The notes under the pieces are model-generated. The model saw only the letters and a list, made by a program, of their open reading frames with translations. It did no database searches and was not told where the DNA came from. DNA of 64,000 nucleotides from Bacteroidota bacterium (GTDB taxonomy: Bacteria > Bacteroidota > Bacteroidia > Palsa-965): contig JANOCU010000032.1 of assembly GCA_031412295.1 (NCBI GenBank), forward strand, positions 66,956 through 130,955, in the 5' to 3' direction. This document shows, piece after piece, positions 40,475 to 48,507 of the stretch. Positions within the stretch are counted from its first letter, which is position 1; each line of letters starts with the position of its first letter. The translations under genes were made by a program, and so were the position numbers.

Positions 40475-42637
40475 TTATTTCCCTCTTATCAGCTGAACAA
40501 ATCCTGTTGCTGTTTCTTTCAGGTTGACTCCGCTGAGAATATAATAGTACGTTCCGTCAACACAATCTGCGCCGCTTCCGTTTTTCTTTCCGTTCCAGTC
40601 ATTGAGATAATTTCCATTCTCATAAACCAGCGCGCCCCAGCGATCATAAACCTGAAGCGCAGTATTCGGATAAAATTCAAGATTTTTGAAAATCAGCAAA
40701 TCATTTGTCGCATCGCCATTCGGTGTAAATACATTCGGCGCTTCTACATTGCGTGGCAAAACAATTACATCCGAACACGCAGTATCAATACAACCTGCAT
40801 TGCTCGTGGTAATAACACAAACACGATATGTTCCTCCAACCGGGTATGAATGTGAAGGATTTTGTAACGTGGATGTATTTCCATCGCCGAAATTCCACAA
40901 CCACGAAGAAACTCCGCCTGTCGACAAATCTGTAAAATAATACGAGCTGTCGGCGAAAATCACCGTTGGCAAATACGAAAACAACGCAACCGGCAAAGGA
41001 GAAATTGTTACAGTAGCAATGTCAACATCCGTACAGCCGATCGCATTCGTAACAGTACATGTATAGGTTGTGGTAACAGTTGGTGTAGCAATAGGATTTT
41101 GAATGTTTGGATTATTCAAACCCGCAGTCGGCGTCCATGAATAAGAAACACCGCCTGTCGCTGTGAGTGTTGCGCTTTGCCCAAGACAAATTGTTGTATC
41201 CGGACCTGCATTTGCAAGAGTGAATTGCACTGTTACTACAACCGGTTCCGATGCAGCGCAGGTTCCGTTTGATGCAGTAACCACGTAGGTTGTTGTCACC
41301 GCAGGGGTCGCCACCGGGTTAGAGATATTCGGATTATTTAAACCTGTTGCCGGTGACCAGGAATATGCTGTTGCTCCGTTAGCAAATAGAGTTGCCGATG
41401 AGCCTGCACAAATACTTGTATCGTTGCTCGCAGTAATCACAGGCGAAGGCAATACAACAACCACGATCGGAATAGATGTTACACCCGAGGGAACGCCGTT
41501 GTCAGTTGCTGTAATGATAATTGTATTCGTTCCCTGGTTAGCTGCGGATGCAACAAAATAGGCGACAAGTGTTGCAGTATTTCCCGGCGTATTGCTCGTT
41601 TGAAAATAACCGGTCGTTCCGGTAGTGTCAATTGTGATGACCGTATTTTGTATTGCTTCCGGTGCGAAAAAAGAAACGTTCAACGGAAGTGTATCGCCGA
41701 TGCACAGATAAAGTGTATCACAAACTGCAATTCCTGATGCAGTAGGCGGAACGTTGTTTGAATTTCCACAAGCATCAAAAAGAAATGTTTGATTATCGAG
41801 CCAGTCAATTCCGCTGCCGCCAACCTGCGGACCATTATAAACTCCACCCGGCTGATTGAATGCGCCGAATTGAATGTAATCAACTCCATTTCCCTGGTTG
41901 GCACCAACAACTGCATCAGAGCCACCAAAACCATTTACACCACCTGAAGCATCACCGGTAGTCCATTGCATGTCCTTGTAACAAAACGCAACATTACCAC
42001 CCGGAACAATCGGATCACTTCCATTGGTAATAATTACCTGGAACGTATTCAGCTTATCTGTGTATGCAGAAAAATAACCTACACTATCCCATTGCACGAT
42101 CATGTAAGTAGGTGTGATCTTGTAATGAGGAAGTCCGCTCAGCACACCACGCGTGTCTACATCGGCCCAGAAAGGCGCAACCATTACAAATGAATTATTC
42201 GGAAATCCTGTAGCAGTAAATGTTCCATACGGCGCACCGAAAGAAATATTTCCATTGTTATTGATGTAGCAATCCGTCCACGTTTGACCATAAAGACAAA
42301 AGCTGAACGGAAGAGGAATAAGCGGTGAAGAAAGATCGTCGTTGCGATATTCAGGAGGAAGTGCGCCGGTCATCGGAACAATATCCCAGGTGGAATCGCG
42401 CGTTTGCCAGCACTGGCAGCTTGAAGTGGCAGGTTTTACCGGAACGTTGGGGGAAATGCGAAAAGCAGGCTGTGTTTTTGGCGATGCCGTAACAGGCGCA
42501 TTTTTTGCTTTCCCGTTCAACGTACCTTCTTTTTTTGCTTTTTCCCATTGCGATGGTGTCAGCGATGGTGCCTGGCCAAATGCAAAAAAATAGCATAACA
42601 AGCAGGAAACTGCTGTCAGAAGTAGTTTTGTTTTCAT
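40475..42637 (-). CDS. Secreted multi-domain protein with a type-B T9SS C-terminal domain
   Basis: 720 aa. The signal peptide is MKTKLLLTAVSCLLCYFFAFGQ. Internal 60 to 80-aa Cys-containing repeats (SICAGSSATLFANGATAYSWSPATGLNNPNISNP...TTTYVVTASNGTCAA, twice) resemble the first repeat class of the giant adhesin. A PKD-like segment reads GDGNTSTLQNPSHSYPVGGTYRVCV. The C-terminus PNVFTPNGDATNDLLIF...VYDRWGALVY...GTYYYIL is the type-B CTD. Confidence 0.8.
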   Translation of the reverse strand: MKTKLLLTAVSCLLCYFFAFGQAPSLTPSQWEKAKKEGTLNGKAKNAPVTASPKTQPAFRISPNVPVKPATSSCQCWQTRDSTWDIVPMTGALPPEYRNDDLSSPLIPLPFSFCLYGQTWTDCYINNNGNISFGAPYGTFTATGFPNNSFVMVAPFWADVDTRGVLSGLPHYKITPTYMIVQWDSVGYFSAYTDKLNTFQVIITNGSDPIVPGGNVAFCYKDMQWTTGDASGGVNGFGGSDAVVGANQGNGVDYIQFGAFNQPGGVYNGPQVGGSGIDWLDNQTFLFDACGNSNNVPPTASGIAVCDTLYLCIGDTLPLNVSFFAPEAIQNTVITIDTTGTTGYFQTSNTPGNTATLVAYFVASAANQGTNTIIITATDNGVPSGVTSIPIVVVVLPSPVITASNDTSICAGSSATLFANGATAYSWSPATGLNNPNISNPVATPAVTTTYVVTASNGTCAASEPVVVTVQFTLANAGPDTTICLGQSATLTATGGVSYSWTPTAGLNNPNIQNPIATPTVTTTYTCTVTNAIGCTDVDIATVTISPLPVALFSYLPTVIFADSSYYFTDLSTGGVSSWLWNFGDGNTSTLQNPSHSYPVGGTYRVCVITTSNAGCIDTACSDVIVLPRNVEAPNVFTPNGDATNDLLIFKNLEFYPNTALQVYDRWGALVYENGNYLNDWNGKKNGSGADCVDGTYYYILSGVNLKETATGFVQLIRGK

Positions 42638-42776
42638 GAATCTTGTCTTAAATGTGTTCCGAAATATATTGCCAGATTAAAGATAAGCAATCTGTTAAAG
42701 ATATAACGCTGTATTCCGGATTTGATACAGTAACAGGCACGTTAAATTGGAATAGGAAAGATTTTTTCCCGAACTT

Positions 42777-45152
42777 TTAATCCATCGTCTTCCTGTTGAA
42801 TATAATATATCCGAAATTAAACAACAGGCTGAATGGTTGTTGTCGCGGACTATAATAATTCAGGCTCAGGCTTAATGGTCCGAGTGGAGAATGCCATACA
42901 AATGCAGTCATTGCCATAGACTGCAATGTTTTTATGTATTGAAAATTAAAAGCCGGCGGCACCGCGTAAGAAGCAGTGAGATTTGCATTCTGAACAATTT
43001 TCTCATATGGAGCGAAAATGTAACCTTCAATTCTCCATTCAATATTTTTTGCAAGAACAAAAATGCTTTTTAATCCCATTCCTAAAAACTGGTGTGCGCG
43101 GAAATCAGGAATGAAATACGTTTTACTTTCCGGTGTTGGTTCAAATGCCGGGGCATTCAACATCGTGGAAATATAATTATGAAAGAACGGCTGATCCTGG
43201 AATGGCTGTGTCGAATAAACAAGCTCCGCGAGGTAACCTAAACGCCATCTTCCTCTTTCTTTAAAGTACGTATCGTATGTTAAACGAAATTGCAGCCAGT
43301 TATGAATGCCGCGAAAATTTTCATCTACGATTGCAGTTGTCCCCGGACGATAAAACTCTTCACCCTGGACAAATCGTGCGCGGATGGCAAAATAAGTACC
43401 GGAGGACGCGAATTGTTTTCTGTTTAACGTATTTCGCTCATACAAAAAGTGAGTAGTGATGAGATTGAAATCAGTAATATCAGCAACATCGGAAGAGCTG
43501 AAAATATCTGTCTGGTAGTATAAATTTCTATTCGCTGCAAAACCGGTTCCGATCACGAATCGGCCTTTGTTACGGACCGGGAATCCCGCATCAACTTCTG
43601 CGAAACGATCAATATTAACAAGGAACGGTGGTTTTGTATCGGAGAAAAATGCAGGGCTGCTGCGGTAATAATCCCAGCGATTCCACGTAACAATCGGCTC
43701 AAGGTAAAATGGAAGACGAAAAGGAAAATCGATACGCGCTCTTACTTGTGCTCCGCTGTAAAGTTTTCCGAAGTAACCATTCCCGCTGACAGAAATAGAT
43801 GGATTGCTGAGAAAATTATAGCGGAAACCAACAAATCCCATATTGATCGGGCGGTTCGAAAAATTACCACCGAAAGAAGTGGAAACATTTTTCTCTTTTT
43901 TGATCGTCAGCTTCAAATCATAATAACCCGTGGTTTTATTGTAATGCGCTTTCGGGAAAATGGTTTTTATTTTATCATCTGCGGCAAGACGGAAATAGCC
44001 GGGCTTCAAATCTTCAATGGCAACATATTTTTCACGATGACGAAGCAAACGCGAAACATATGCAACCTGACGTTTTTTTAATCCCGTTCCTTCAATGGTA
44101 ATATTATCAAAAACAATTTTCGGCTGCTTCGCGATGAACGCTGCACGACCCGCTGCAAGCTGCGCAGGATCACTTCTCCGCACAACCGACATTTTGATCG
44201 TATCCATCTTCCGCATAGTAGCAACGTAACCACTATCAATTATTCGTTGTGCATTTACGAAATCAAAAAGTCCGAGCCAGTCCGCATCAGGTTCAATAAT
44301 AATTCCGTTTTCACATTGTGCATCGAATGTTGTTTTGCTCGTAAGCATCGCGCGTATTTGTGAAATAAGATTGTCTTCATCCGGATTTTGAAATTCAGAT
44401 GCAACATTGCTTCCGATGATAAAGTCAGGAAAGAAATCCTGGTACATGATATTCGCCGGAAAATTATTGTACAAACCTCCGTCATACAAAAGTTTCCCAT
44501 TTACGCTGATCGGTTTCAAATAGAACGGATAAGACATCGAAGCGCGCAATGCTTCACCTAGATCTCCTTCTTTAAAAACAACAGATTGTTTTGCCGCAAC
44601 ATCTGAAGCCACACAACGGAACGGAATAAAAAGACTGTCGAAATTGTAATTTGCTGCCGCTGCTGCTGCGGCCGTGCGTTCCATCAATGCAAAATCAAGC
44701 TGCACAGGAGAAATTAAATTCGTCGGAAGATTGGATGAAAGTGCAGTATCAAGATTCAGCTTGAAGGTTACCCATGAAGCATCGTCTTCTTTTTTCTTGA
44801 AATAATAAATATTATCAGGACGAACACTTCCCGTTGCCCAGCTTAAAAACTCTTCTGATTTCACCAACGTTTCAATTTCAGTCGGCGTCAAACCTTCTGC
44901 ATAAAGGCAGCCGATCAAAGCGCCCATTGAAGTTCCGCAGATATAATCGATTGGAATATTATTTTCTTCCAGCGCTTTTAAAACACCGATGTGCGCAAGC
45001 CCTGAAGCACCACCGCCGCTAAGCACAACTCCCACCTTTTCACCCGTATATTGGACCGGCCCCACCTGTACAGGTGCACGATCAATAACCTGTGCCTTTA
45101 ATGAAAAGCAGAAGAGGAGGGAAAGAAACAAAACCGAAATCCGCCGGATCAT
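42777..45152 (-). CDS. Patatin-like phospholipase fused to an Omp85/surface-antigen-type beta-barrel, PlpD-like
   Basis: The signal peptide is MIRRISVLFLSLLFCFSLKAQ. The patatin motifs GVVLSGGGASG and GTSMGA (GxSxG) are present. About 450 aa of C-terminal, beta-strand-rich sequence ends in an aromatic residue. The start is assigned to the internal Met at 45152. Confidence 0.7.
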   Translation of the reverse strand: MIRRISVLFLSLLFCFSLKAQVIDRAPVQVGPVQYTGEKVGVVLSGGGASGLAHIGVLKALEENNIPIDYICGTSMGALIGCLYAEGLTPTEIETLVKSEEFLSWATGSVRPDNIYYFKKKEDDASWVTFKLNLDTALSSNLPTNLISPVQLDFALMERTAAAAAAANYNFDSLFIPFRCVASDVAAKQSVVFKEGDLGEALRASMSYPFYLKPISVNGKLLYDGGLYNNFPANIMYQDFFPDFIIGSNVASEFQNPDEDNLISQIRAMLTSKTTFDAQCENGIIIEPDADWLGLFDFVNAQRIIDSGYVATMRKMDTIKMSVVRRSDPAQLAAGRAAFIAKQPKIVFDNITIEGTGLKKRQVAYVSRLLRHREKYVAIEDLKPGYFRLAADDKIKTIFPKAHYNKTTGYYDLKLTIKKEKNVSTSFGGNFSNRPINMGFVGFRYNFLSNPSISVSGNGYFGKLYSGAQVRARIDFPFRLPFYLEPIVTWNRWDYYRSSPAFFSDTKPPFLVNIDRFAEVDAGFPVRNKGRFVIGTGFAANRNLYYQTDIFSSSDVADITDFNLITTHFLYERNTLNRKQFASSGTYFAIRARFVQGEEFYRPGTTAIVDENFRGIHNWLQFRLTYDTYFKERGRWRLGYLAELVYSTQPFQDQPFFHNYISTMLNAPAFEPTPESKTYFIPDFRAHQFLGMGLKSIFVLAKNIEWRIEGYIFAPYEKIVQNANLTASYAVPPAFNFQYIKTLQSMAMTAFVWHSPLGPLSLSLNYYSPRQQPFSLLFNFGYIIFNRKTMD

Positions 45153-45205
45153 GGGGTGATTTTGAATGATTGGTAAAGGTACATAATCCCCCGCTACAGG
45201 AAATC

Positions 45206-46018
45206 TCAATGTAAAGACGAAAGCAATTCAAAAAAGTAGCCGGGAGATTTCAGCAATCTTGTGCCGTACCAGGAAAATAATTCTCCGTCTACCAATAACA
45301 CCTGCGTACCGGGACAAACTTCATGCAGCAGCTCAATGTGTTTTTCCCGAAAAGGATAAGGTTCTGATGACAGAAAAATAACATCAGGCTTTTCTGCTGC
45401 CAGCTCTTCCAGCGTTATTTCAGGATAACGCATTTGGGCGAAAATATTTTCAAGTCCGCAAATGCCCAGCATATGGTCAATGAACGTATCGCCACCTGCA
45501 ACCATCCAGGGCGATTTCCAGATAAAATAGGCAACACGTTTTTTGGGAAATTTATTGATCTGTTTGCGGAGTTTGGAAAATCGTTTTTCAATTTCCCCGG
45601 CTAATTCTTCCGACCTTTCGTTTTTCCCTGTCAGCTCACCAATGCGTCGAATCATATCACAAGCATCACCAAGCGTTTTGATGTCGCTCATCCACACACA
45701 TTTTGTTTTTATCAGCTCTTCAACCTGGCCCTTTTCATTTTCTTCTTTATTGCCAATGATAAGATCCGGTTTGAGCGATTTGATCTTATCCAGCTCCAAT
45801 GTTTTTGTTCCACCGATCCTTTCTTTGGTTCGAAACCAATCCATCGGGTAAATACAAAACTTAGTGATCCCGATCACTTCTTTTTCTAAACCTAAATCTG
45901 CCAACAATTCTGTTTGTGAAGGAACAAGAGAAATTATCCGCCCGGGTAAACCCTGTAACGTAATTTCTCTCTGCATCTGATCCTTAAATTTCATATTGCA
46001 AAGATGAATTGATTCCAA
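45206..46018 (-). CDS. Periplasmic-binding-protein fold of the BtuF / Fe-siderophore / TroA-like class (cobalamin- or chelate-binding)
   Basis: 270 aa. GRIISLVPSQTELLADLGL...KPDLIIGNKEENE matches BtuF-like proteins. No clear signal peptide is seen. Confidence 0.55.
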   Translation of the reverse strand: MESIHLCNMKFKDQMQREITLQGLPGRIISLVPSQTELLADLGLEKEVIGITKFCIYPMDWFRTKERIGGTKTLELDKIKSLKPDLIIGNKEENEKGQVEELIKTKCVWMSDIKTLGDACDMIRRIGELTGKNERSEELAGEIEKRFSKLRKQINKFPKKRVAYFIWKSPWMVAGGDTFIDHMLGICGLENIFAQMRYPEITLEELAAEKPDVIFLSSEPYPFREKHIELLHEVCPGTQVLLVDGELFSWYGTRLLKSPGYFFELLSSLH

Positions 46019-46339
46019 TCAACTCCCAAAGAAAAGCAGTAGGAAAAAATTTAATAAATATGAATTGTTCAATTACACTTTATGGATGTAGCCTTGAAAG
46101 ACTATGATGAAATTCTTCTACCTGGAGTTTAAGCTGGCAGGAATTTTCTTCCTGTCAGTATCATTTCCTTCATATTGATGAGCAAGTAGAACCGCGATAC
46201 TAATAAAAATTTATTGTGGAATGCTATTGTTAAATGTAGATTCTTGTCCACATGAATTTCACAAAACACCAGCACGATACAATGAGATACCGGATGGTAT
46301 AGCGTTTGTTGCTTTAGTATAATTAAAACTCGAAAAGAT

Positions 46340-47656
46340 ATGAGAAACCAACGATCAAACGGAAGCTCTTCTTCACAAAACAGTGAAAGAGGTTCACATG
46401 GCCAGGACAAAAGCCATGGCAACAGAAATACCTATTCCAATTCATTCGGTAATTCAAGACAAGAAAGGAATTCACATAGCGGGTACAATGAAAATGATCA
46501 GCGCAGTTCACGTTATGGTTCGAACAATGAAACAGGTCAGTACAGAAGAGATGAAAATCCGCGCGGACGTTCTATTGACCAGGACGACCGAAATAACAGG
46601 AATAATAATTCGCGTAATTCAGAACACGGCAACTCACGCGGCGGATCAAATCAAAATGATAATCGCAGCTCACGAAATAATTCAACGAATGCAGGTTCCG
46701 CTTCCCGGAATTCTCAGGGTGGACAGGGGAATTCACGCAGTCGCTACCAGCGCGATGACGATACTAATAGTGCACGCTATAACTCATCATCCGGTTCAGG
46801 TAATTCTTCCGGCAGGGGAGGAAATCAACGCGACGAGCGCAGCGCACGATATGGCAATGCAGGGAATTCCGGTCAATACGGAAATCAAGGTGGCGGACGT
46901 TACGACAGTGATTTGAGCTCACGTCGCAGCTTCAATGATTTTGAAGATGATGATCGTGAATCAAGAGAAGAAGATTTCGATTCCTTCTATGAAAATGATT
47001 CACGCAGTCACGCATTCGATAGGAATTCGCAGAATCGTTCCGGCCAGGGAAACAATCGCAATTCCTCCTACAACGATCATGATGCGCGCGGCTCATATGA
47101 TGACGACGATGATGACGATTTCGAAGACGATATCGAGAATGAATACGAAGATGATTCAGACGACGAGCAATCCGGCCACGGATATTCATCACGGGGAAAT
47201 AATTCGCACGGTAACAATTCTTATGGAAGAGAAAATTCATCGCGTGGAAATAATTCGGGCTCATCATATGAAAGAGAAAATTCATCGCGAGGAAATAATT
47301 CCGGTTCATACTACGGAGGCGGCAATTTTTCACGAAATAATTCGGGTTCATCGTACGGCGGAGAAAACAATTCACGTGGAAATAATTCCGGCTCATCATA
47401 TGGAAGAGAAAATACATCCCGCGGAAATAATAATCCCGGTTCATCCTACGGAGGAGGAAATAATTCGCGCGGAAATAATTCCGGTTCATCTTATCGTGGA
47501 GAAAGCTTTTCAGGAAAGGGCTTTTATGCCACTCCCGACGAACAAACCGGCGTAAGCAATTCAAATTTGTCAGGAGGAGATTATGATGATGACAGCTCCT
47601 CTAACGGCAGCCAACACACCGGCTCCCGCAACTCCCGCTCAACACGAGAGTGGTAG
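46340..47656 (+). CDS. Low-complexity N/S/G/R-rich intrinsically disordered protein with an acidic core; hydrophilin-like
   Basis: 438-aa ORF. The acidic block is DDDDDDDFEDDIENEYEDDSDDEQ. It is followed by degenerate 15-aa repeats such as SSYGRENSSRGNNSG. A perfect terminator hairpin lies 25 nt downstream. Alternative-frame ORFs in the same region are likely repeat artefacts. Confidence 0.5.
   Translation: MRNQRSNGSSSSQNSERGSHGQDKSHGNRNTYSNSFGNSRQERNSHSGYNENDQRSSRYGSNNETGQYRRDENPRGRSIDQDDRNNRNNNSRNSEHGNSRGGSNQNDNRSSRNNSTNAGSASRNSQGGQGNSRSRYQRDDDTNSARYNSSSGSGNSSGRGGNQRDERSARYGNAGNSGQYGNQGGGRYDSDLSSRRSFNDFEDDDRESREEDFDSFYENDSRSHAFDRNSQNRSGQGNNRNSSYNDHDARGSYDDDDDDDFEDDIENEYEDDSDDEQSGHGYSSRGNNSHGNNSYGRENSSRGNNSGSSYERENSSRGNNSGSYYGGGNFSRNNSGSSYGGENNSRGNNSGSSYGRENTSRGNNNPGSSYGGGNNSRGNNSGSSYRGESFSGKGFYATPDEQTGVSNSNLSGGDYDDDSSSNGSQHTGSRNSRSTREW
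47185..47520 (+). repeat. Degenerate 45-nt tandem repeats, about 7 copies, inside the low-complexity ORF
   Basis: The peptide period RGNNSGSSYGRENSS is repeated. Confidence 0.6.
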
Positions 47657-47680
47657 AAAATTAAAATTCGTCATATAAAA

Positions 47681-47716
47681 AGAGACGGCAGGAATTTTTT
47701 CCTGCCGTCTCTTTTT
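47681..47716 (+). terminator. Rho-independent terminator
   Basis: AGAGACGGCAGG, loop AATTTTTT, then CCTGCCGTCTCT followed by TTTTT. Confidence 0.75.
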
Positions 47717-47730
47717 AATTCAATCGCTAC

Positions 47731-47775
47731 CTTTTGTCAGACTGAGTAACGAAGTGTATCGAAGGCTGACAAAAG
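47731..47775. repeat. Palindromic repeat element, copy 1 (45 nt)
   Basis: CTTTTGTCAG, then ACTGAGTAACGAAGTGTATCGAAGG, then CTGACAAAAG. Confidence 0.8.
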
Positions 47776-47789
47776 ATAGAGATTGAATG

Positions 47790-48096
47790 TTATTTCTTTT
47801 TGGCCCTTGGCTTCTTCTTTGAAAGGGCAGGTAATTTTTCTTCTTGTCCATTAATTAACGCTTCCTTTTTTGCACGCGACCACCCCTTAAGTTGTTTCTC
47901 ACGTGCAATAGCAAGATTTACATATTTAAAATCTTCCCACCAAACTAAATGAACCGGCCTGCGATCTGCAGTATTACGAACCTTCATTAATTCCTTCCTC
48001 ATGCTGTTCAAATCTCAGGTCAAGATTATTCGTCATTCCAACATAATAAGAATCAGCAGCGCAAAGTAAAATGTAAGTAAAGTAACGATCTTTCAT
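47790..48096 (-). pseudogene. GIY-YIG nuclease-family small protein gene disrupted by a frameshift
   Basis: The N-terminal part runs 48096 to 47974 and reads MKDRYFTYILLCAADSYYVGMTNNLDLRFEQHEEGINEGS then stop. The C-terminal part is in another frame and reads ...KVRNTADRRPVHLVWWEDFKYVNLAIAREKQLKGWSRAKKEALING. Together they match the about 100-aa GIY-YIG family, whose typical sequence is Y.YIL...G..YIG.T.DL.RR..EHN.G...YT...RPW.LVY.E.F.....A..RE.Q.KGWSR.KK. The frames differ by one nt near 47975..48000. Confidence 0.6.
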
Positions 48097-48252
48097 AGCT
48101 TATAATTAACAATCATTTATCAGACGAATTAACGAAAAGTTTCAAAACAAATAAATGCTTTAAGAAATCATTCTTCGTTTTTTTTCTCAGACTAAGCTGT
48201 GAAAATTATCGAATACGGCTAAATAATATCAATGAAGAGAATCCCTAAATTC

Positions 48253-48277
48253 CTTTTGTCAGACTGAGTAGCGAGTA
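48253..48277. repeat. Palindromic repeat element, truncated copy (left arm and part of the loop)
   Basis: CTTTTGTCAGACTGAGTAGCGAG, then divergent sequence. Its upstream flank AATAATATCAATGAAGAGAATCCCTAAATTCC resembles the flank of copy 4 (AATAGTATCAATGAAGAAGTTCACATAGTAGC). Confidence 0.6.
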
Positions 48278-48318
48278 ACAACGAATCAAATCAAATAATT
48301 CCAAGAAAATGTCCCCAC

Positions 48319-48373
48319 AGTTCCTTTTGTCAGACTGAGTAGCGAAGCGTATCGAAGGCTGACAAAAGGAACT
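48319..48373. repeat. Palindromic repeat element, copy 3, with an extended stem
   Basis: AGTTCC-CTTTTGTCAG-ACTGAGTAGCGAAGCGTATCGAAGG-CTGACAAAAG-GGAACT. Confidence 0.8.
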
Positions 48374-48454
48374 AGCGCAATATTACTTTTTGTCACCGTG
48401 AATATCAAAGTTGCCCGAAGAGCACCAAATAGTATCAATGAAGAAGTTCACATA

Positions 48455-48507
48455 GTAGCTTTTGTCAGACTGAGTAGCGAAGCGTATCGAAGGCTGACAA
48501 AAGCTAC
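48455..48507. repeat. Palindromic repeat element, copy 4, with an extended stem; it abuts the stop codon of the CBS gene
   Basis: GTAGC-CTTTTGTCAG-ACTGAGTAGCGAAGCGTATCGAAGG-CTGACAAAAG-GCTAC. The 45-nt core is identical to copy 3, but the flanking 5 to 6 nt differ and remain complementary. Confidence 0.8.

Noticed and set aside
46019-46339. Possible cobalamin riboswitch upstream of the BtuF-like gene
   Set aside because: No B12-box-like sequence was found on the relevant strand. Only a generic hairpin is present at 46140..46165.
46383-47564. Alternative-frame ORFs 46383..46916 (+), 46935..47555 (+) and 46932..47564 (-) in the low-complexity region
   Set aside because: The longest frame (46340..47656) starts at an ATG and is followed by a canonical terminator. 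The others look like artefacts of repeat composition. The frame choice remains uncertain.
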